This document shows positions 24,961 through 35,620 of a stretch of DNA of 64,000 nucleotides, piece by piece. Location of the stretch: positions 682,001 through 746,000 of the forward strand of contig MU053758.1 in NCBI GenBank assembly GCA_013239625.1. Reading direction: 5' to 3'. The notes under the pieces are model-generated. The model was given only the letters and a program-made list of their open reading frames with translations, had not been told where the DNA came from and ran no database searches. A program made the position numbers and the translations under genes. The stretch is from Lama guanicoe. Its lineage: Eukaryota. Positions within the stretch are counted from its first letter, which is position 1, and every line of letters begins with the position of its first letter.

Positions 24961-25205
24961 GTAATGCTTGTCGAGCATCCAGGCTCTGAGCCAGACCCTC
25001 AGGGTTGGGATCCCTGCCTCCCACTTATTAACTGTGTGACTTTGGGCAAGTTACTCTCTTGGAGCTGCAGTTTTCTATTCTACAGAACGGGGACGACAGT
25101 AACACCTACCTCATAGGTTGTTGTGAAGTTTAAAAAAGTTAACACATGTCAAGCGCTTAGGACAGTGTCTGGCTCGAGAAAAGCATTCGATAAATGTCAC
25201 GGCTA
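24961..25205 (+). mobile_element. MIR SINE, near full length
   Basis: ggctctgagccagac...ctgtgtgactttgggcaagttac...cctacctcataggttgttgtga...aagcgcttaggacagtgtctggc. Confidence 0.9.
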
Positions 25206-25276
25206 CGACTAGGAGGAGGTGTGGCGATAACCAATCAATGCCTGCCATAAGACTGGTTGAAATCTCGAGACCAGGT

Positions 25277-25308
25277 TGCAGGGCTTCCTCTCTCCTGTAG
25301 GTGGCGCC
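25277..25308 (+). promoter_or_regulatory. Candidate CTCF site with core and upstream module
   Basis: Core CCTGTAGGTGGCGC at 25294-25307 (one deviation from CCASYAGRKGGCRS); TGCAG begins 17 bp before the core, the expected spacing of the ZF9-11 upstream motif. Confidence 0.6.
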
Positions 25309-27259
25309 TCCCCTCGTTGAGCACGCTACCCTCGCCCTGGAGCGCCTGAGGAAGTTGAAAGAAGTTAAGTTTCTTTACATCTCTGCTCTGTTTAGGATTG
25401 CTAGAGCGGGTCTCCTGCTGAAACCTGTGCCCAGGACAGCCAGGTCTGGGGATCCCGACTTCCTCCCTGGAATGGCTCCGCTCCAGCCCATCTCCATCAG
25501 AGGCCACTCACCATCGCTGGGAGCGGGAGCCTCCCCTGCGGATGCAACCCTGTAGGTCTTGTCGTGGGAGGATTTAACTCCCAGCACCTGAGCCAGGGAG
25601 TTCAGTGGGAGTTTCTTTCCTGCTCGGTTAAAATGACAAATTGGTACATGAGCGCTTAATGAAAGATGCTGGAAACGTCCGTGGAGATCAGAAAAAATCG
25701 CCTCTCCGAGCTGACAGCCAGGCCATCTGCATTCCCACATTCCTATTAATTCCTTAACAATAAACGACAGGAGCGCCTAGAGGGTTAACAGCTTAATTTA
25801 ATCTCTGAGATTCCTTCCTGGAGCGCTGAGAATTAGAAAGGCATTTACAAAACGTTATCTGCACACCTGATTTTTCCCCACTTGATGTGTCTTCTGGACC
25901 CATCACACTCATTCCTGACACACCTCGCACATGCAGAGGCTCTGCCCCTCTGGCTGACACAATACTCTCCACTGGGCCACTCTTGGACTCTTTGAACCAG
26001 ACGACTGGACTCCAAGTGTCACAAGATTGAGTTTCTTGGCAGTCGCCCCAAATGCCAGTTTACATTATTTCTTTCAGGGCATCTTAGGGAGAAAAAGTCC
26101 TCAGTAGAGCTAGAAAGGTGGTGTCCCTGTTTCAAGTGAATTTCCCTCCTTAGTGGGAAGCAATGGGAAGAGTTACGTGGTAGCAGCAACCAGCTTGAAG
26201 AGCTATCAGATCAGGCCTTGAGAGTCTCTGGCAGATCATGAACTACTCATTGAAGAAGTCTTATTGTAATACCATTTTATGGATAAGGAAACTGAGACCC
26301 AGAAAGGTTTAATAGTTTGTTTAAGGCCACATATGCAGGTAATGTCAAAGCTCCAAAGTTGTTCAAGTCTCCTTACTCCTGGACAAATATTTGCTCAACA
26401 ATAGGGTTGGCAGATAGATTGCATCTTACACCATAACTCCCGTCGCTGGTTGGTAGAGGCTGTCCAGAGCCCTGTGGACCTCCCAGAAAGTCTCAGTTAC
26501 AATTTGGAGATGTCTTCCAGGGACAGAAAGAGGGCAAAGGTGCCAGGTATTTGCAGTTTCTGCACTTTTCAGTCTGTTTCCTTTGGATTAGGCATTTAAA
26601 AGCTTCTATTAAAATGGAACTGTTATCTGGGAGGAATAATGCATTAAGCTATTATCAGTCATTAACACCTTGGCTAGAATTCATTTAGGATTAGTTTCCT
26701 ATTTATTTGCCCAGTAGATTCGTGAGGGAATGAGAGTTTTGACCAGGATAGGGGCCTAGGAAAGGGCACAGGGTTTTGTCCAGGATGGTGTAATATTTGG
26801 GGGCTCAGTGCAGTCAAGAATTAGAAGTCACCAGATATTCAGCTGGAGGAACACTGAAGGCAGAGGTGAGGGGAAGAAGTGACCTTGAAGACTTTTGCAT
26901 AGTCCTCTGTTGGCTTGCCTTTGCATATGTTTTCTAGCAGTCACACTGCTTGTTTCTAAGTTTCCCCAAATGTAAAATAAAAAGTTGGACTAGATCAGAA
27001 GTTCTCAAACCTGTACATATTAAAGTCATCTAGAAGGCTTTTTTTTTTTTAAATACCAATGTTTGGGTCCTACTCAGGCCAATTAAATCAGAATGTCCAG
27101 GAGCGCGCCCTGCTCACCTTTTTCCCCACCTCTCTGTAGAACATCCTGATATCAGTCATTATACCACCTGGTCCTTATCCACATATTAACATATTTTATA
27201 TATTTACAATTCCAGTTTCTGTATTGTTTTGCATTTTGAATATATCAAAATGCTTTCAG

Positions 27260-27745
27260 AGTCAGGTAACACGAATACTTAACAAAAAGACTCAATAGCA
27301 GTTTTCACTGTCTCACGAAGTCAGAAGCGTAGAAATCCCACTTTGGTTCATCAACGAAAAATGCCACAACTGATCAGGCTTCTTTTATCCTTTTGCTTCT
27401 TTACTCTTAGTGTTGGCTCTTGGTCTTTAGGCTTGTTGCTGTGTGGTTGCCATAGCTGAAGAAGTCATGTCCTCACCCAACTATATTAACAGACATGAAG
27501 GAAAGTACAGGAGCCTCATGCATACTCATCCTTTTAACAAGAAGAAAAATGTCCCCAGACATCTCCCAGTGTGGTCTTCCTCTTACTTCTCATTGGCCAG
27601 AACTTGCTCATGGGGCTGTCTTTAGCAGCAAGTGAACCTGGGAAAGCAAGAATTTGTATTTTCAACCTCTATCATGAGAGACAGCTCTGCTAGAAATAAA
27701 GAAGGGTGAGTATTGGGTAAGCTATTTAAAGAATCTGCCCAACTG
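27260..27745 (-). mobile_element. Old MLT1 (K/L-like) LTR
   Basis: tggttgccatagctg, cttctcattggccagaacttgctcatgg, tagcagcaagtgaacctgggaaagcaag. Confidence 0.6.
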
Positions 27746-29498
27746 CAGTAAATATATTTGGTAACATAAGACACAAATATCAATAACAACAGTCAGGGAC
27801 TTAAATGCATCTGCTACTTTATATACATACTACTTCCTTAAGCAGCTAAAGCCTTTTATTCATATCCGCGGTGCTAGCGCATGAGACCACATCCTGCTAT
27901 CTAGGCAGGAAGTATGAAAGAAGATCAAGGCCATTTAGATGTGTTTTGTTAACTTAGGATGTGACTATAAATGTCTTCCTGAACAGCACACTCCTGTTGC
28001 TGCGATCCTGTTCCTCGGCCCCATCTTGCTAACTGCCTTCATGGCACTTAGACCTTTATCGTACTCTTGAACTAGGGAGACCACCCACTTTTTAGCCTCT
28101 GTGCCTTCATCTCCAGATCCCCAGTCACTGGTGTTTGTCTGTCCTTGACATCTGAGAGCTCTCTAGTGGTCCTATCTCCTTGACAGACAAACCCAATTCT
28201 GCTACTGGGAGGGTAGGGGGTAAAAAAGAGGTATGTGCATACACTGAATAAAGCTGAACATCCATGGAACAAACCAAATGTGTAAGTATTGAGGGGATGC
28301 CAAACAAAGGAACCCTTAGCTGGGTTGATCAGATTAGGGCTGGTTTCTGGCAAAATATGACATTTTGAAAACAGTCTTTGGTTAAGGAATTAATACCCTT
28401 AATATATAAAGAGTTCTTACAAGTTTATAAGGGAAAAAGGATAAGTATCCCAAAGATAAATGGATAAGGAGTAGAACTAGTAATTTACAAAAGAAGTAAT
28501 ACAAAAGCCCATAGATGCGCTTTTAAAAGTTCTTTAGCAATAATCTAGTAAATATATATCAAGACAAGATACCAGTTCTTTCAACTTGACAGAAGTCTAA
28601 CTGAGAAGGTTCTAAAAATTATAGAGATCAATAGCACTTGTTCTATTCCCACTGTTTCTGGTGTGATTTTTGTTTGTTTGGTTGGTTGGTTGGTTTTGTT
28701 TTTGTTTTTGTATTGCAGAGACTGGAAGGCTACGTATTACATTTTCCAGTTAGAATTCTAAATGTGAATTAGGTTGCACTAATTAAATGCACTATCCTGA
28801 GATTTGGAAGATGCTGTCTGCTGCTGTCCAGGAGCCTTAAGCCACAGTCCCTTTGGGTTAGATTCTTAAGACTACTAAACACTGTGACAGATAATAGGCT
28901 TAACATGACTAACATGTACGGTGCTTTAAATACATTAAAAAGCAAGTCTACCATATATTAGCTCAAGGAAATAAAGTATTTAGTTCCAAATCTGACTTTG
29001 TGACTTTGAACATCTCACCTACCTCGCTGGTGGGTCTGGGTTTCCTCCTCTGTACAGCAGAAGGAATTTATTAGATGACTCTTGTCCCCTTGACAGCCTA
29101 GCCAATTGCCAACCAAACACAGTGCTGACTTCTTTCTCCTGGGAAAAGTCTGCCATACAGGTGACCGTAACCCAGCTTGAAGGTAGTGGGATCCTGAGGC
29201 AGATCAAAGTTCATGTCTTTGGTCAACTCATTTGCTCAGGGGAGAGACCACATATACTCTGTGTTAGTATCCACGTGCTTTGTCATTTAAGTTCTATGAT
29301 TCCTCCTCATAAGTGTGCAGGTGACAAGGTTTTAAGAGGCCTTAAATAGGAGTTCTTAAAACCCTCCTGCCAACTATTTCCTAACCTCCCACCCCGACCC
29401 TGAATGCTAGCATTCACCATTAGAAATGGCTCTGTTAGATCAAGGAATTGTTTCTAGCTAAAGTGAAGCTACATTATCAAAAGTAATACATTAATATA

Positions 29499-29515
29499 TG
29501 AACCCTAGCTGACCT
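29499..29515 (-). promoter_or_regulatory. Consensus DR5 retinoic acid response element (AGGTCA gctag GGTTCA)
   Basis: Plus strand reads tgaacc ctagc tgacct; both half-sites fit RGKTCA. Function untested. Confidence 0.6.
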
Positions 29516-30204
29516 CATTCACACTAATTACGCATGAGTTTAGCTAACTAGTTATCAGTTCGGAGGGCAAAGAGCAGATCTGGAAGAGAAAGGGAGGACT
29601 GGCAAAGTCCGAATGGAAGAAGGGGTCCTTAGGGAGGAGAAGCCTAGGGGAGGTGCCACAGGGGACACACTAGGAAACTTGGCGGCAGCACAAGTGTGCT
29701 TCATTCATTCATTCATTCAAACAAATAAATATATGTGAAGACTTCATTATATGCTGGGCACAGCGTTAGGTGTGGTGGATACAGAGGTGAATAAATTTAG
29801 TCTTGGTTTCTAAGGCAGGTAGAGCCCTGTTGAGGAGGGGGAGGACCAAATGTAACATGAGCAAGAAAGTATTATATACAGTATATGTCCCTGGTGTGTG
29901 CGCAAAAGAAGGAGCAGTCCATTCTTCCTGGAGGCATTGGAGCAAATTTCATGGAGGCGGGCTTGCTTTCCTTCCTGGTGAGAAGAAGGAGGTGCCACCA
30001 GAGCAGGAGGGAAGGTGAGCAATCGCAGCTCCCTCGTAACTTCTTCTCTAGGGCCAGCCTGGATCAGGGAAGTGAAAAGTTTTCTTTATGATTGGATAAT
30101 GAGGCAAAATAAATTGATAGAGGCATCGAAGGCAGAGTTCCACTTGATTCCTTCAGTGGTTGGAGGGCAAGGTGCTTCCCTAGTGTCTGACGGTCACCAG
30201 CAGC

Positions 30205-30420
30205 AACATAGAGCAGAACTTGTGGGGGCTGAGAGCATGGGATTTGCTGCCCCACTCCCTAGGTTTGAGCCCTGGCTCTGTGACATTGAACAGAGCACTT
30301 ACCACCCCTGGTTCCAGTTTTCTTATTTGTAAAATGGGGAGAAAATAATACCCATCTCATGGAGTTGGGAAGATTAAATGAAATAATGCATGGAAAGCAC
30401 TTAGCAATAGTGTCTGTTAC
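30205..30420 (+). mobile_element. MIR SINE
   Basis: cagttttcttatttgtaaaatgggga...aagattaaatgaaataatgcatggaaagcacttag. Confidence 0.8.
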
Positions 30421-32965
30421 CAGGTATTTTCTGAGATGTGTTCTATGAAACAGAAATGACCTAATTCAATGGCAGAGCCCAGAAATTCTAGCTCCAGTTC
30501 AGTATCTTTGGTCTCACTGATGAAACCAACAGATTCTCCATGGTGGCCCAGGGATCTTGTGAATCTTTTTATAACCCTTTGCCTGCCTCACCCAATTCCT
30601 TTCCCATCAAATTCTTTTGTAAGTACAACCATGCCTCATGTTCAGAAAATTCAGGACAGGAAAATCTAAGTGTGTTTAACAGATACACCTAGGGTTCATT
30701 ATCCATATCACAAAATAATTATTCGTTTTACAGGAGAATTAACCTTTACAAAGTTAATTTCTATGTACATGCAAAATTGAATGCAGGATATAAAACTTTA
30801 TTTTACAGACATCTTAGAATTACAAAATTGTGAAAACTTAAAGATGGAACTGGCCTTAGAAATCATCTAGGCCAGTGTTTTTCACAATTTTTTTGTAGCA
30901 GCCCTATTTCTTTAGAAGTCTTTCTTAGATTTCCTAGATGCACGATGCAGAACTAGTTCAATTAAACCAGGGATGGGGAGGAGGAAGCACTCACTCCCTT
31001 ACCCTCTTGCCCTGTCCGAGACTCCTCTGAGGAACCCTGGGTTTCTAGCAACATAAATTTGAGTTCTACTCATCTGCCACAACCATCTTACTTTGTACAT
31101 TCCTTTTGTAAAACTTGATCTTCCTGTTTTTCTATTAATTCAACTGTCTTATTTTCTTTTCTAAATTATTGGTTCCTGGAAGGCAAGAACCTTTTTGTTT
31201 AAATCAAAAAAAAATTCTTAGTGTACTGCTCTGCATATATGTTGAGTAGTTAAGGTCTGGTTAAAGTCTTCCTGTTAGTGCCAGAAATGACCAGAGACTA
31301 TTATTATATATAAAAACCCTTTATTGAATCTTTGAAAAGTGACTTCATATAACCATTGAATTTTCAGCTTGAAGGGACCTTAGAGAACATGTACTTTAAT
31401 GCTCTCATTTTCTGGATGTGGAAACTGGGGCCCAGATAAGTGATTCGGTTGATGTCATGTTGCAAGTTGATAGCAGAGCTGGGACAAGAGTGGTGGATAC
31501 TTGATTCCTGGGCTGGGCTGTTTCAACTTATAACAAGCGGCTGCTCTTACACTACTAGAACATTATAGATTTGTAGTCCTGAAAACACCCTTAAGCTACC
31601 TACAAATCTCCTTTCTTTTCTCAATGCTTAACCCAGAGAACTATCTTAATAATCCATGGCCTATGTTATATTATGTAATTTTTTAAAATTATAAAAGTGA
31701 AAATGGACTGACATAAGGAGATGTCCAGGGTATAGCAAATGGACACACAACCATTATATGTGGGATGATCCCATTTTGTTTAAAGCTTGGGTTATTTCTT
31801 AAGGTTTAGCTGAATGTGTATTTCTACCACACATGACTCAAGTATCTAATGATGTGATAACCACACCTGTTAAATTATATAAGTTGACACTGATGCATGA
31901 CTATAACAACTGTAAGAGGTTTTTTTTTATTTACTTTATCTTATTGTATTTACTACTGCACAGTGCTGCATAGTATACATGCATCTTAATTTATTTACTG
32001 AATCCTCTATTGACAAGATTTAGGTTATCTCCGATTTATCAACAAGCTACAGCAAAATTCCTCACACAAACATCCTTTTGCGGAGCAGAGTGTGTCTGTG
32101 GGACAGATTCCTAGCAGTAGAATTGCTGGATCAAATTTGGAGATACTGTATGGCATTTACTCTCCTATTTTTCTTTTGCTGCTGAGATCAGAATGAATAC
32201 ACCTCAGCATTTATACATAGTTGTAGTTTACTAAGGCTTTCACATCCATGACATTGAGCTTTTTAACAACTGTGTGGGTTTACAGATAGGGAAGATGAGG
32301 TTTCGGCAAGTTAAGTAATTTGCTCAAGTCCTTTAGATGGGGGAGGTAGAGTCAGATTTGAAAACTAGGTCTTTCCACTCCAGGTGAAGGGCCCAAAGTC
32401 CCCAATGAAAATACAGAAGTAAACCACTAGGATGAGAACAGGAAAGTGAAGACACTCTCTTTGGGCAGCAGGAACCACTAACTTGGCCTGTTGGTGAATA
32501 TTAGCTGCGGCATAGACATCATCTGGCCTTCATAAAAATCACCTTAAAATCATCCTGAGAGCAATTCAGTTGTATCTCCAGAAACAAACACTGCCACAGT
32601 CTCCTGTGGTGAGAAGAGGTTCAAAAGAGGGTCGAGGAAACCATTTGTGTCCTAGACACAGAGGAGAGAAGGCCTCAGTGGACAGGCCTTTGTGAGAAGG
32701 AAAAGGGTAGATGTGTGTGTAGGGGGAGGCATGAGGCACTTTTTCCTCTGGAGACAGAGGGCTCTGCTCTGCTGCATTTCAGCTTGTCAGTGGGTTTCTA
32801 GCATGCGCTAGGCCCAAGGAATAGCTATGAGGAGGATAGAGATGTCCCTGTACAAACATCCCTTTTTCCTGTGCAAGCAAACTACTTATTGGTGCTAAAG
32901 CAATGAAGTCCTATTTGGTTTAATAGATGTTTATCTGGCACCCACCATATGTAAGGCCCTGAGGA

Positions 32966-33348
32966 TGTCTGACTTAGCTTGGGCTGCAGTAACAGAATGC
33001 CACAGACTGGGTGGGATATGTACAACAAACATTTGTTTCTCGCACTTCTGGAAGTTGGAAGTCCAAGATCAGGGTGCCAGCGTGGTCAGGTTCCTGGTGA
33101 GAGCCCTCTTCCTGGTTTATAGCTGGCTGCTGTCTCCTAGCTGTCTCCTCCTCACTTGGCAAAAAAAAAAAAGGGTCTCAGTATCTCTTCCTTTATATAA
33201 GGATATTAATCCCAAAATGGGAGCTCCACTGTCACAACCTAATATAAGCCAAATTGCCTCCCAACAGCCCACTTCCAAATACCATTATATTGGGGATTGG
33301 AGGTCAACATATGAACAGGGGTGGGGCACACACACTCAGTCCATAGCA
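32966..33348 (-). mobile_element. MLT1A/B-type MaLR solo LTR
   Basis: gggctgcagtaacagaatgccacagactgggtgg, ttctggaagttggaagtccaagatcagggtgccagc, cactcagtccatagca; TG...CA termini. Confidence 0.88.
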
Positions 33349-34494
33349 GATGTGAAACTAAGCCATCCACAGAGGTCTCCGGGAAAGACTAAGGGGTCTT
33401 CTGTAGCATCTCCATTTTCAGCCACCCAACTCTACCCAACCTTAGATCTCTTGAGAGCAGAAGTTGATTCAGTGGGAGCAGAGCTAGCAAAGGCCTGGCT
33501 TGTCACACCACGCCATGGACCAGTGGCTGTGAGGGGTCCTTGGCTACCTTTCCAGCCTGGGCTATGTTTTGGCTCAGTCTCCTCTTCTGAGACCCTGTCT
33601 CCAAGCTGCATATTACGCTAGTAGGACCCAGAGATTTACTTGGTGACCTTTTCCGGATGCGGAATCCAAGCAGCAGGAGGGAGCAAATCAGCTCCGAAGC
33701 GGTTAATTTTACTGGCTCCTAAATTGATAAGCGGTGGGACGTCAGTCTGAAATGAACTCGCCTTGTTCGAAGGGGTTCTAAGACAGCGGAACTCAATCAG
33801 CAGCGGGCCGCATGGTTCAAGGCTGCAATTCATCCCGCCGTGCCTCTGAAAAATGGGAGGTGACAGTTCATTTTGCCAGTGACAGTCTGTCGGTCTCGCT
33901 CGCTGCTTCTCCTGTCGATTGCCTGGCTGAGGTGAAGTGCAGCTCCAAGACACCCTCGTTTGGTATTCCACTCAGCTGAGCAGGATGGTCCCAGGACCCA
34001 AGGTGTGCAAATCTTATTCTACCCTCCTGTCGCTTGTCTTCTTCCCCTCTCTGAGACCCTGCAAGGCCCGATGCGTGATTGTGGGTCCCAGGAGGCATCT
34101 TCCCACTTCCGGGACTCACCTTTCCTTCCAACTCCCACTTCGCGCGGACTGGGACTCCTCCTCTCTCCAGGACCTTGCAAAACAAAGCCATCCTGCTCAG
34201 GGGGCTTCCAGCCTCCCCCCAGAGGACTAAGGGTGGAGGAGAGGTATGGACATAGGAGCAGAGAATTTGCTGCTGCCAGGGCGGACACAGCCGGAACAAC
34301 AGACACACTCAGAAGGGTACTGCCTTCCTGACCACGGCTTCAGCTTTCAAAGAAAACTCTGAACAGGGGCAGAGAGAGAAAGCGGATGGAGAAAGGGAGG
34401 CGACCCTGTGATGCTTGCCCTCAATCCTGGACTGCCACCCAGCTCCAGTACTTTCTACTTCCCTTAAAAAAAATTGAATTAGAGCTCATGTATC

Positions 34495-34760
34495 TTTCTT
34501 AACTTTCCTCATTTTGATAACTGTACTGGGTGTTACTTAAGGAAATACCCTCATTCTTAGGAAATACTACTGAAGTATTTATGGGAAAAGGAGCATGATG
34601 TCTGCAACTTACTCTCAAATGGTTCAGAAAAATATGTAAATTCACATACATAGAAAATAATAAAGCAAATGTGACATAACAATTGATGAATTTTGGCAAA
34701 TGGTTTACAAGAATTCTAGATACTCTTTCTTGTTTAAAATTAATTCAAAATAAAAAAGAC
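34495..34760 (+). mobile_element. Ancient L1MC/L1ME 3' fragment
   Basis: ctgaagtatttatgggaaaaggagcatgatgtctgcaacttactctcaaatggttcagaaaa. Confidence 0.75.
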
Positions 34761-34787
34761 TCAACAGAATTACCTTGCAGCACTTCC

Positions 34788-35620
34788 TCAATAAACATTT
34801 ACTGAAGACCTACTATGCACCAGACCCAGTAGGTGCTGGGAATACAGTGGTGAACAAGATAGGAAAGAGGCTTACAGTTGGGAGGGGAAAACAGGTGGTA
34901 GACAGGTAATTACAGATGGGATTTGAGTTTTGAATGGCAGGTTTTAATGCTACAGGAATGTATGAGAGGGAAGCAAGCCAGCCTGGAGAGCTAAGGATGG
35001 TTACCAGGGGAAATGTTTAAGTTGAGACTTTAAGCATGAGTAGGGCTCAGCTGAATAAAGGTAGGGGGAAGAGTGTTGCAAAGAGAGGGAACAGCACATG
35101 TGAAAAAAATGAAAGTGGGAGTGAGTGTGTCTCATTAAGAAACTAAAAGAAGTCTGCTACTGAAAATGACAGAGAATACAGGCACCATGGGAGGCAGGAC
35201 AGGGGAGATAAGCAAGAGGTCAAGCGTGGTGGGGGTGGGAGCGTATTAGCCACATGGAGGGGTTAGGAAGTACAATATTAGGAGGCTTTAAAGTTTTAGT
35301 TAGTGAAGGGACATGAGCAGATTTTTTTTTTTTTAAAGAGAGAGATCACTGGCTATAAGGTGGAAAACAGGTTGATGGGATATAAGACTAGAGGGCTACA
35401 AGGTGAAAGGTGATGGTGGCTTGGACTAGGTTGGTGGCAGCAGGGCTGGAGAGAAGTGGATAGTTTGAAAGATATTTAGCAGGTGGAATTGGCAGAGGGA
35501 AAGAGGAATGAATGACCCCCAGGTTTCTAGATTAGACTATTGGATTATCCACAGTACAATTTACTGACCGAGGGTAGACGAGAAGAGAGGGAGGGTTGGC
35601 TAGGAAGGAGAGAGTTGTTA
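34788..35620 (-). mobile_element. L2 LINE fragment
   Basis: caataaacatttactgaagacctactatgcaccag...ggtgctgggaatacagtggtgaacaaga...agatcactggct...gatggtggcttggactagg...gagaagtggatag. Confidence 0.8.

Noticed and set aside
25599..25615. AGTTCA gtggg AGTTTC as a DR5
   Set aside because: The second half-site has two mismatches.
32965..33621. 218-aa ATG-initiated ORF
   Set aside because: The first ~380 bp are an MLT1 LTR read antisense; the remainder resembles no known protein.
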